From Haliangium sp. (GTDB lineage: Bacteria > Myxococcota_A > Polyangia > Haliangiales > Haliangiaceae), in the NCBI RefSeq assembly GCF_050304635.1, contig NZ_JBNLDX010000012.1: 64,000 bases of DNA; one strand, written 5' to 3'. A program made the translations under genes and the position numbers. Under the pieces are notes generated by a model. The model was not told the DNA's origin. It ran no database searches and worked only from the letters and a program-made list of their open reading frames with translations. Shown one piece after another: positions 53,972 through 62,503 of the stretch. Numbering within the stretch: the stretch's first letter is position 1; the number at the start of each line of letters is the position of its first letter.

Positions 53972-56900
53972 ATGGGAGACGCGCACTTCGCGTCGCTGCC
54001 AAGCTCAAACGACTCCGTATTTGCCATGACCGACCAGGGTGACGAACGTTCGTTGCCGAGACGGGCCACCTCTACGGCCGCCGACCTCGATGACGACACG
54101 GTAGTCGAGGACCAACCAGCGCCGGACGAGCGGACGTGGGCCGCGCTGCACGCCAAGCTCGCCAGCGGTGCGCGCGCGCGTGCCGCGCGCCGGGAGGACG
54201 CGCTCCGGCGGGAAGCCGCCACCCAAAAAGACCCGACCCACGAGGACGTCACCCAGGAAGACGAGACCGTGCGCCGGAACCCGGTCTCTCCTCACGAGGA
54301 GCCCACCCGGCGCTACGGAGAGCCACGGGCGAGGAACCTCCGCGCCCGCGATCGCCTCGCCAGCGAAACCTACGACGTCGACATCGACGCGCCCACCGGG
54401 GTGCTCGCGCGCCCGCGTCCGTATCGAGTCGTACGATCGGACGACAAAGAGCTCGAAGGCGGGCGGCCCGGGCAGCCACCGCCGGCGGCGTTGCCGTCCC
54501 TGGCCGACGTGGTGACCTCGTTCGAGTCGCCGGCGGAGCCCGGCACCCGCGCGACGGCGGTGGCCGAACCTTCGACTCTGTCGATCTCGGTCGAGTCGCT
54601 GCCCGACGTCGAGGATCGGCTCGGTTCGGAGCTCAGTCTGGTCCAGGCGACCGGTGAAATCCCCACGGTGACCGCCGTGGCCGGGCGTCACGGCGAATAT
54701 CTGCCGGTGGGGACGAGCGTAGGGCGGTACGTGGTGCTGGGCGCCCTAGCCGTCGGCGGCATGGGCGTGGTCTACACTGCCTACGACCCCGAGTTGGACC
54801 GCAAGGTGGCCCTCAAGCTGATGCGGGTGAACCCCGGACGATCGGTCGACAAGGCCTGCGCCCGGCTCCTGCGTGAGGCCCAGGCTTTGGCCCGGTTGGC
54901 CCACCCCAACGTCATCGCGGTATACGACGCTGGGCGCTTGGGCGAGCAGGTGTTCGTGGCTATGGAGTTAGTCGAGGGCGTCACTCTGCGTCGTTGGCTC
55001 GACGAGGAGACCCCGGCGCTGAGCGACATCCTGGCCGCGTTCTGGGCCGCGGGGCAGGGCCTGGCGGCTGCTCACGCGGCCGGCCTGGTCCACCGCGACT
55101 TCAAGCCCGAGAACGTCATGATGGGCGCTGACGGGCGTGTGCGCGTGCTCGATTTCGGTCTGGCCCGAGCGGCGCAGCAAGCCGCCGACTCGTCGCTGCC
55201 CGGCTCGGACTCGCCACCGGACGCGGAGGTCGCGGGCGCCGGCGTAGAGACCGCGCCCGAGCCGGCCGCCGAGGTCGGTGTCGACACCACCGTCGACGAC
55301 GACGCGCACGGAGAGGATCCGCACGCGCCGTTGGCGCAGTTCAACCCGGCGGCCGTGGAGAGGCCCGGCACCCTCACCCGAGCCGGGGTGTCGAACCTCG
55401 CGTCTCGGCGCGTCCTCCACAACCCCTTGACCGCTCACGGCGCGCTGGTGGGGACCCCCGGGTACATGGCTCCGGAGCAGTACGGCGGCGGGAGCACGGA
55501 CGCACGCACCGATCAGTTCTCGTTCTGCGTGGCCTTGTACGAGGCCGTGTGTGGGCATAGGCCATTTTCGGGCACCCGTCCCGAAGAGGTTGCTTATCAG
55601 ATGGCGTCGGGCCAGATCGAGCCACCACCGCCGCAGGCGCGGACCCCGGCCTGGCTGGTGACCATGATGATCCGTGGCCTGTCGGCTGAACCCGAGCAGC
55701 GCTACCCCTCGATGAATCACCTCCTGGCCGACCTCGAGCACGGCATGCAGCGGGGCGCGCGGCTGGTGCGCATGGGCACGGCCATCGGCATCGCCGCCCT
55801 CGTGATGATGGTGGTCGTGGGCGCGGCCTTTCTGGTTACGGGTGAGCGTGCCCGCAGCGCGGCCTTGTGCCAAGGCAGCGAGGAGCGCCTGGCCACGGTC
55901 TGGAACGACGACCTGGCCGCCACCGTGGCTGCGGGCTTCGCGGCCAGCGGGCGCCCACACGCCAGCGAGGCCTTCGAGCAGGTGGCGCGTGAGATCGAGA
56001 CCTACGGCCGCGATTGGGTCGCCATCCGCGTCGACACCTGCGAAGCCACTCACATCCGCGGCGAGCGCTCGGAGGCCATGCTCGACCTGAGCATGAGCTG
56101 CCTCGATCGCCGCTTGGGCACCCTGCGCGCCCTCACCGGCGTGTTCGTGCGCGAGATCGGCGACGACGGCGGCCTCGACGGCGCCGTGGTCGATCGTGCC
56201 CTGGGCGCGGTCCGACAGTTGCCGGGGCTGCGCGGCTGCACCGATGAGCTGGCGCTGCGCGACACCTACCCGATGCCGGGCGATCCCGAGCTGCGCCAGG
56301 CCATCGCGACCCTCACTGAGGACGTCGACGACGTCGAGGCCCGGATCCAGATCGGTCAGTATCGGGCGGTGTCGGAGTCGCTGGCGAGGCTGGTACAGCG
56401 CGCCGATGAGCTCGACTTCCCGCCTTTGCAGGCGCGCACACGCTATCTGTCGGGCCAGACACAGCACGCCCTGGGCAACCTGAGCAGCGCCGAGATCAGG
56501 TTCCACGAGGCGGTCGGCATGGCGGCCGAGGCCCGTGACGATCGCCTGCTGGCGGCGCTGTGGACCAAGCTCATGTGGCTGGTGGGCGCGGGTCAGGGAC
56601 GTTATCAAGAGGCGCTGCGCATGCGTCCCATGGCGGCGGCGTCGATCTCGCGGGCGGGGGGCGACGGCGCCTTGGAGGCCGACTTGCTCGCCCACGCCGG
56701 CATGCTCTTGGCGCGGCTGGGCGAGAACGCCGAGGCCGAGTCGATGCTGCGCCGGGCGGTCGACCTGGGCACGGCGACCCTCGGCGCCGACCACCCCCAG
56801 GTGTCCAAGTACATGAGCTTTCTGGGCGAGCTGTACTTCGCCCAGGCGGACTACGACATGGCCTTGGAGTCCCAAGAGCGCTTGATCGAGACCACCCAAG

Positions 56901-57991
56901 ACGTGTGCGGCGCCGAGCACCTGTTCTTGGTCGAGCCCCTGATCAGCATCGGCCGCATCCACACCGAGCAGAGTCGCTTCCAGGAGGCCCTGGGCCGCTT
57001 CCAGCAGGCCGCCGCCATCGAGCGCGCCAACCTCGGCGACGACGCCCCCGGCATGGCTCGGCACCTGCTGGACATCGGCCTGGCCCAGCTCATGCTTGGC
57101 GATCACGACGCCGCCGAGAAGGCCCTGGACCAAGCCTGGCAGATCGCCGATCGCGCCTACCCGGCGGATCATCCCCGCCTGGCCGAGGTGCTATTGGGCC
57201 GGGGGCGGCTGCACATGGCCCGTGGTCAGCTCGGCGTCGCCGAGAACGAGTTGGAGCGCGCCCGGGTGATCTGCGAGGCCACCTTCGGGCGCCGCCACGA
57301 GCGCCACGCCGAGGCCGTGTGGCACCTTGGGGCCGTGGCCCTGGCCCGGGGCGCTCTCGACCTCGCCGAGGAGCGGTTCCGCGAGGCGCTCGCCGTCCGC
57401 GAGGCGTTGCTCGCGCCCGATCACCCCGCGGTGGCCGAGGCCCTGCACGGGCTGGGTCGCACGCTCGTGGCCACTGGCGCTTATGATCAGGCCGAGGCCG
57501 CGCTGCAGCGGGCGTTGTCGATCTACGAGCGCCGCGAGGAAGGCGAAGGCGCGCGTGCGGCGGCTGTGCTCGCCGATCTAGGCGCGATGTGGGCCGCCCA
57601 GGGCGAGCACGCGTCGGCGCTCGACCAACTCTCGCGCGCGCTTGCGCTGAAGGAGCGCGTGCTCGGCGCGGACCACCCCGACCTGGCGGCGACCCTCACC
57701 GCATTGGGGCGGGTCCACCTTGCGCTCGGCGACCCCGAGGTCGCCGCTGTGTCGCTGCGACGGGCGATGACGATCCGCGAGGCCCGGCCCGGTCCGGCCC
57801 TGGCGCTGGCCCGCACCCGCCTCGCCCTGGCCCGCGCGCTGTGTGCGGCCCGGCTGTCCGAGTCAGACCTGAGCGAGGCCCGCAAGCTGGCGACGCGCGC
57901 GCGCGCTGAGCTACTCGAGGCCGACATCGAGAGTCGGCCCCAGAGTCGTCTCGCCGCCCAACTCGACGCCGTGCTGACACAGTGCCGCTGA
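53972..57991 (+). CDS. Ser/Thr kinase - single TM - large TPR-repeat domain protein
   Basis: ATG 53972, 4 nt after the MscS stop. Kinase: GGMGVVYTA, VALKLM, LVHRDFKPENVMM, DFGLAR, GTPGYMAPE. TM GTAIGIAALVMMVVVGAAFLV. About 700 aa of TPR-like repeats (LAEVLLGRGRLHMARGQLGVAENELERA, etc.). Confidence 0.85.
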   Translation: MGDAHFASLPSSNDSVFAMTDQGDERSLPRRATSTAADLDDDTVVEDQPAPDERTWAALHAKLASGARARAARREDALRREAATQKDPTHEDVTQEDETVRRNPVSPHEEPTRRYGEPRARNLRARDRLASETYDVDIDAPTGVLARPRPYRVVRSDDKELEGGRPGQPPPAALPSLADVVTSFESPAEPGTRATAVAEPSTLSISVESLPDVEDRLGSELSLVQATGEIPTVTAVAGRHGEYLPVGTSVGRYVVLGALAVGGMGVVYTAYDPELDRKVALKLMRVNPGRSVDKACARLLREAQALARLAHPNVIAVYDAGRLGEQVFVAMELVEGVTLRRWLDEETPALSDILAAFWAAGQGLAAAHAAGLVHRDFKPENVMMGADGRVRVLDFGLARAAQQAADSSLPGSDSPPDAEVAGAGVETAPEPAAEVGVDTTVDDDAHGEDPHAPLAQFNPAAVERPGTLTRAGVSNLASRRVLHNPLTAHGALVGTPGYMAPEQYGGGSTDARTDQFSFCVALYEAVCGHRPFSGTRPEEVAYQMASGQIEPPPPQARTPAWLVTMMIRGLSAEPEQRYPSMNHLLADLEHGMQRGARLVRMGTAIGIAALVMMVVVGAAFLVTGERARSAALCQGSEERLATVWNDDLAATVAAGFAASGRPHASEAFEQVAREIETYGRDWVAIRVDTCEATHIRGERSEAMLDLSMSCLDRRLGTLRALTGVFVREIGDDGGLDGAVVDRALGAVRQLPGLRGCTDELALRDTYPMPGDPELRQAIATLTEDVDDVEARIQIGQYRAVSESLARLVQRADELDFPPLQARTRYLSGQTQHALGNLSSAEIRFHEAVGMAAEARDDRLLAALWTKLMWLVGAGQGRYQEALRMRPMAAASISRAGGDGALEADLLAHAGMLLARLGENAEAESMLRRAVDLGTATLGADHPQVSKYMSFLGELYFAQADYDMALESQERLIETTQDVCGAEHLFLVEPLISIGRIHTEQSRFQEALGRFQQAAAIERANLGDDAPGMARHLLDIGLAQLMLGDHDAAEKALDQAWQIADRAYPADHPRLAEVLLGRGRLHMARGQLGVAENELERARVICEATFGRRHERHAEAVWHLGAVALARGALDLAEERFREALAVREALLAPDHPAVAEALHGLGRTLVATGAYDQAEAALQRALSIYERREEGEGARAAAVLADLGAMWAAQGEHASALDQLSRALALKERVLGADHPDLAATLTALGRVHLALGDPEVAAVSLRRAMTIREARPGPALALARTRLALARALCAARLSESDLSEARKLATRARAELLEADIESRPQSRLAAQLDAVLTQCR

Positions 57992-58083
57992 GCCCACCGC
58001 CGGCGCCCAGACCTCGGTCGCCCGGCCGGACCCGGCCATGATCGGCTGCCGCGGCGACGCCGGGTCGCGATGACCCGCGGTGA

Positions 58084-59283
58084 TCACTCGTCCGCGTCGG
58101 CGAAGCCGTAGCGCTCCGGGTGTCGCAGCGGGGGCAGCACTGCGCGGCGGAGCAGCACGGTGCGAGTGGCCCAGACGTCGCTGAACACCCGGTAGGCGAG
58201 CGCGGTCTGATCCAGGTAGGCGACCCCGGCCGAGCCTCCGGTGCCGGTGCGGCGGCCGATGACGCGCTCGACCATACGAGCGTGACGCTGGCGGAAGATC
58301 GTAAACGCCTGCTCCAGGGCCACGATGGCGTCGATGACCTCGCGCGGCCAGGCCAGCAGCGGCAGCTCGCGGTAACTCTCGATGAAGACCAAGGCCGCGC
58401 GCACGCGCGAGCGATAGGCACGCCGGGACTCATCGTCGCCGACCTCCACATCGCGGGCTTCGAGCCACGACCGCGCCGCCGCGAGCTCGCCCTGATAGCG
58501 CTTGTCGAGCCGCTCCCGGTCTTGCTCAGTGAGCGCGTTGTCCATGGCGCGGGTCTTGATCTCGTTGATCTCGTCCCGCTGGGCGGCCAAGAACGCGTCG
58601 ATGAAGGCGGTGACGCGCGCGGCGTCATCTGGGCCGTCCGGCACCGAGCCGTCGATGGGGGTTCGATGCAGCCAGGCCTCGATGGCCTCGCGCAGGCTCG
58701 GGCGATCGTGGAGTCGGCGCTCGACCCGGCGCGACGCCGGCGAGCCGGAGCCATCCGGGTAGCGCAGCGCCTGCTGATAGGTCTCGTGCCCCAAGGGCAG
58801 GCGCTCGGCCTCGCCCAGGCCCATGATGATCTCGATCTCGCGCATCTGGGCCGACTGGAACCCACTGGCCGGGCTGAGCTTGTCGCGGAACGCCAGGTAG
58901 TCACGGGTGGTCAAGGTCTCCATCAGCGCGAAGTGCCCGGCGGCCTGCTGGAACAGCAGCGCGGCCCGTCGGATGCCGCGCACGGCCGTGGCCAGTGACT
59001 GCTCGCGGACGTGCTCCTGGGCGAACAGATCGCGCACCGACACCAGCTCGCGAATGGCCAGCTTGAACCAAAGCTCGTCGATCTGGTGCACGACGATGAA
59101 CATGATCTCATCGTTCGACAGCGCCGCCTCGTCGTCCTCCAGCCCAGTCTGCAGAGCCAGGAGCTCTTCCACCTTGATGTAGTCCCAATAGGTCGTGGGT
59201 CCGCTTGCCATCGTCCGCACGATGCCATTGGCGCTGACGGCCGGCAAGGGGATCGAGGGATCGCTGGGCAGGGGCTGGTTCAT
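58084..59283 (-). CDS. kynA: Tryptophan 2,3-dioxygenase
   Basis: TYWDYIKVEELLALQ, SNDEIMFIVVHQIDELWFKLAIREL, GTGGSAGVAYL. Full TDO signature. Start chosen at MNQPLPSD (59283; alternative 59211). The Cys-rich N-terminal extension of the track ORF is rejected as non-coding. Confidence 0.85.
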   Translation of the reverse strand: MNQPLPSDPSIPLPAVSANGIVRTMASGPTTYWDYIKVEELLALQTGLEDDEAALSNDEIMFIVVHQIDELWFKLAIRELVSVRDLFAQEHVREQSLATAVRGIRRAALLFQQAAGHFALMETLTTRDYLAFRDKLSPASGFQSAQMREIEIIMGLGEAERLPLGHETYQQALRYPDGSGSPASRRVERRLHDRPSLREAIEAWLHRTPIDGSVPDGPDDAARVTAFIDAFLAAQRDEINEIKTRAMDNALTEQDRERLDKRYQGELAAARSWLEARDVEVGDDESRRAYRSRVRAALVFIESYRELPLLAWPREVIDAIVALEQAFTIFRQRHARMVERVIGRRTGTGGSAGVAYLDQTALAYRVFSDVWATRTVLLRRAVLPPLRHPERYGFADADE

Positions 59284-59428
59284 TTCGGAGCAAGTGCACC
59301 AACAAGACACACGTCCGGCGCCGCGCATGGGCTGGTAGCCGTGGCAAATCCGGCACTTGCCGCCGGCACGGTGCTTGCTCTTGGCCTGGAGACCGGTGAG
59401 CAGCAAGTCCACAAGGAGAGCAAGGCCC
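59284..59428. promoter_or_regulatory. Divergent intergenic region between kynA (-) and the MVP-like gene (+)
   Basis: Strong AAGGAGAG Shine-Dalgarno 8 nt before ATG 59429. Imperfect inverted repeat gcaagtgcacc ... ggcacttgcc/ggtgcttgc. Confidence 0.4.
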
Positions 59429-61462
59429 ATGGCAGAACGAGACATTCGCGAACGCGACATCCTGGTTGCCCCCAACGAGTACGCCTACGTGCAGGACCTC
59501 ACCAAGGGAGACATCGTCCTCTACGTCGGCCCCACCAAGATCAGCCTGTCCAACACCGAGCGCATGATCATCCTGCGCGACGGCCGCTTCGTGCCCGTGC
59601 GCGGCGACGAGGCCGGGCTGGGGGTACACAAGTTCGTCGCGGCCTCATCATCGCAGTACATCATCCTCGAGAACCCGCCCCAGGACCCCGACGACAAGCC
59701 GGTCAAGGGCGCAAACTCGGCCATCCCGCTCCGCTTCGGGCGCAAGGTCGTCGTGCCCGGCCCGGCCGAGTTCCCGCTCTGGCCCGGGCAGCGGGCCCAG
59801 GTCATCGACGGCCACGAGCTGCGCCTGGACCAGTACCTCGTCGTCCGTGTGTACGACGATATGGGCGACGGCGAGCCGATCGGCACCGAGCACATCATCT
59901 GCGGCACTGACGTGAGCTTCTACATCCCGCCCAGCGGCCTGGAGGTGGTGCCCAACCGCAACGGCAGCTACGTGCGCCGGGCCTGGCGTATGGAGCGCAA
60001 CAAGGGCCTGCACCTGCGCGTGCGCGCGCCCTTCGAGGTCGGCCCCGCCGCGCAGGTGCCCGAGGGCCGATACCTGGCCGGGCAGGACATCTTCCTGCGC
60101 GACCGCGAGGGCATGTTTTTCCCCTCCGACAACCTGGACGTCGTGGGCGAGGTGGCTCCGATCCCGCTGGCCGAAAACGAGGCCATCTACGCGCGCGAGT
60201 TGGGCACGGGCAAGCTCACCACCGTCGAGGGTCCGGTGAACTACCTGGTCGATCCCACCCGCGAGGAACTGGTCACGCGTCGGCTCGACGAGCGCCGGGC
60301 GGTGCTGTTCCGGCTCGACACCGACAGCCGCGACCCCAACCGGGCGTGGTCGATCTACGTGCCCCCGAGCACAGCGGTGATGATCACGGCCAAGAACAAG
60401 CGCGAGGTGGTGAGCGGGCCCCAGACCCGCATCCTGCACTACGACGAGGAGCTCGAGGTTCTGACCTTATCGACCGGGCGACCGAAGAGCGACGAGGAGC
60501 TCTTGCCCACCTGCTTCTTGCAGGTACAGGGCAACAAGGTGTCGGACCTGGTCCGGGTCAAGACCTCCGACCACGTCGGGCTCGAGATCCTGCTGTCGTA
60601 TCGAGTGTCGTTCGTGGGCGACTCCGAGCGCTGGTTCAACGTCAAGGACTATGTCGGCCTGCTATGCGACCACCTCGGTTCGATCATCCGCGCGGCCGCG
60701 CGGACGAGTTCGATCGAGACCTTCCACGGCACCAGCACTGACATCTTGCGCACCGCCATCCTGGGCGCGCGCGGCGACGACGGCGAGCGCGAGGGGCGGC
60801 ACTTCAAGGAGAACGGGATGTGGGTCTACGACGTCGAGGTGCTCGACGTGCGCATCCTGGACCAGGACGTCGAGCGCATGCTGCAGGAGGCCCAGCGCAT
60901 GGCGATCGTCTCGGCGATCACGCGCAGGCAGGAGGAGCTGCGACTGGGCGACGAGAACCTCAAGGAGTCGGTCAACCGAGAGATCTACGGCGCCCAGATG
61001 GAGACCCTGGCCAAGGCTGCCGAGCACGAGGCCGTGAGCCGCACCGTGGAGCTGGCGCGGATCGGGACCATCATCGAGCGCGACCGCCTGGACAAGATCG
61101 GCCGGGCCGAGCACGAGGCTGAGGCCGACGCGATCCGCAGCCGGGCTCGGCTCGAGATCGCCGACCGCGAGGCCGGGTTGGCGCGGGAGGCCCTGGCCGC
61201 GCGCTCGGCGGCCTTTCGCGAGCAGATGGAGGCGCTGCAGCCCGAGCTCATCGCGACCCTCAAGGGCCTGGCTGGGCAGCAGCTCGCCGGCGCTTTGTCC
61301 AAGAACCTGTCGCCGCTGGCCATCCTCGGCGGCGAGAGCGTGGCCGAGGTGGCCGCGCGCTTGCTCGACCGTCTGCCCCTGGGCTCCAAGTCGGGCCCGG
61401 CGGCCGACATCCAAGGCATCCTTGGCCTGGTGCCGTCGCCGGACCAGGGCGAGTCGGCGTAG
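59429..61462 (+). CDS. Major vault protein (MVP) homolog: N-terminal MVP repeats + SPFH/band-7-like shoulder domain + coiled-coil cap helix + disordered tail
   Basis: 677 aa. ILVAPNEYAYVQDLTKGDIVLYVGPTKISLSNTERMI aligns to eukaryotic MVP [37 protein letters not shown]. Further matches PLAENEAIYARELGTGKLTTVEGP (vs [21 protein letters not shown]), VLTLSTGRPK (vs VLSLSAGRPK), DHVGLEILLSYRVSF, FHGTSTDILRTAILG, ENGMWVYDVEVLDVRILDQ, then a long Ala/Glu/Arg coiled coil. Confidence 0.8.
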   Translation: MAERDIRERDILVAPNEYAYVQDLTKGDIVLYVGPTKISLSNTERMIILRDGRFVPVRGDEAGLGVHKFVAASSSQYIILENPPQDPDDKPVKGANSAIPLRFGRKVVVPGPAEFPLWPGQRAQVIDGHELRLDQYLVVRVYDDMGDGEPIGTEHIICGTDVSFYIPPSGLEVVPNRNGSYVRRAWRMERNKGLHLRVRAPFEVGPAAQVPEGRYLAGQDIFLRDREGMFFPSDNLDVVGEVAPIPLAENEAIYARELGTGKLTTVEGPVNYLVDPTREELVTRRLDERRAVLFRLDTDSRDPNRAWSIYVPPSTAVMITAKNKREVVSGPQTRILHYDEELEVLTLSTGRPKSDEELLPTCFLQVQGNKVSDLVRVKTSDHVGLEILLSYRVSFVGDSERWFNVKDYVGLLCDHLGSIIRAAARTSSIETFHGTSTDILRTAILGARGDDGEREGRHFKENGMWVYDVEVLDVRILDQDVERMLQEAQRMAIVSAITRRQEELRLGDENLKESVNREIYGAQMETLAKAAEHEAVSRTVELARIGTIIERDRLDKIGRAEHEAEADAIRSRARLEIADREAGLAREALAARSAAFREQMEALQPELIATLKGLAGQQLAGALSKNLSPLAILGGESVAEVAARLLDRLPLGSKSGPAADIQGILGLVPSPDQGESA

Positions 61463-61492
61463 ACGCCTGCTCGGCCCGGGGCTGGCGCGCGC
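61244..61492. repeat. Copy 1 of a ~250-bp segmental duplication (MVP 3' coding end + 30 bp 3' flank)
   Basis: gagctcatcgcgaccctcaagggcctggctgggcagcagc...gagtcggcgtagacgcctgctcggcccggggctggcgcgcgcg. About 90% identical to 61969-62219. Confidence 0.8.
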
Positions 61493-61968
61493 GTGGGCGG
61501 GTAGCCCTCTGGTCCAGGGTGGGCTCTCGTCTATTCGTGGTCGACCATGGACCGTGCGACGCCCGAGTTCCGGTTGCTGTGCGCACGAGTCGGCATGGCA
61601 GCGGGGGCAAATTCGGGCTGGCACACGCGTGTACGGGATTCGATCGTCGCCGGTTCGATGCTTGCTGGGCTGGACCGGCCCAGACGAGCCCACGGCCCTA
61701 CCGGCGGACGACTCGCACGAACGCCTATCTCTCCCTCCGGTCAACGGCTCTCTCCCCCATGGCTGCCGGCGTTCACCTCGTCTCGACCTTGTCCTGGCAT
61801 CCGACTCGTCTCTGTACTCCTGCCCATCGCGGCATCGTCTCGGCCCTCCGTCCGATCTGGGTTGGTCGGAGCAGACAACGACGCCGCCTTCGGGCCGTGG
61901 GCTCGCCCGGGCCTGTGCCGTCCTCGCCTCTGCCCAGATAGGCTCTTCGCTCGGTGGGCTCTGCAGCA

Positions 61969-62219
61969 CGAGCTCATCGCGCCCCGCAAGGGCTTGGCCG
62001 GGCAGCAGCGTGCCGGCGCCTTGTCCAAGGATCTGTCGCCACTGGCCATCCTCGGCGGCGAGAGCGTGGCCGAGGTGGCCGCACGCTTGCTGGAACGCCT
62101 CCCCCTTGGACCCAAGTCCGGCCCGGCGGCCGACATCCAAGGCATCCTTGGCCTGGTGCCGTCGTCGGACCAGGGTGAGTCGGCGCAGCCGCCTGGTCGT
62201 CCCGGGGCTGGAGCGCGCG
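61969..62219 (+). pseudogene. Copy 2 of the duplication: orphan fragment encoding the last ~74 aa of the MVP-like protein (stop TAG->CAG), embedded in non-coding-looking low-GC sequence
   Basis: Encodes LIAPRKGLAGQQRAGALSKDLSPLAILGGESVAEVAARLLERLPLGPKSGPAADIQGILGLVPSSDQGESAQ inside track ORF 61547..62359, whose upstream 140 aa have no protein-like character. Confidence 0.45.
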
Positions 62220-62503
62220 GCCGACGCGGCGACGGCGTGCGGCAACTTCGGGCCAGTGAAAGCACTCACACCCTCGGAGCTCGCGTTGAGTTGTGGCTGG
62301 ATGCCGCGCTGCGTCACGAAGGTTTCGACACGTGTGTCAGCTTGGACACAGGCGCTTGAGCGATGTAACCCCCAACTGCAACAAAAGGAGCGGCCGCTCT
62401 TCCAGAGTATCTCAGGTGCCTATCTGACGGGGGTGAGAGCGATTCAGTCAGCAGTGGAACGACCGCCGCAGGTAGTTCCGCTAGCGAGATTGTCGGAGGC
62501 GGT

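Noticed and set aside
57992-58083. Rho-independent terminator between convergent kinase and kynA genes
   Set aside because: Only a 5-bp GGGTC/GACCC stem with no U-tract. That is too weak to call.
59284-59475. Cys-rich N-terminal extension of the kynA track ORF (MGATRMSRSRMSR...CRICHGYQPMRGAGRVSCWCTC)
   Set aside because: There is no TDO homology before MNQPLPSD. The extension overlaps the divergent promoter and Shine-Dalgarno of the MVP gene and is most likely untranslated.
61547-62359. 270-aa ORF as an intact gene
   Set aside because: Only the last ~74 aa (the duplicated MVP tail) look protein-like. The upstream 140 aa are read through low-GC, non-coding-looking sequence with no start context. 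Treated as a pseudogene remnant instead.
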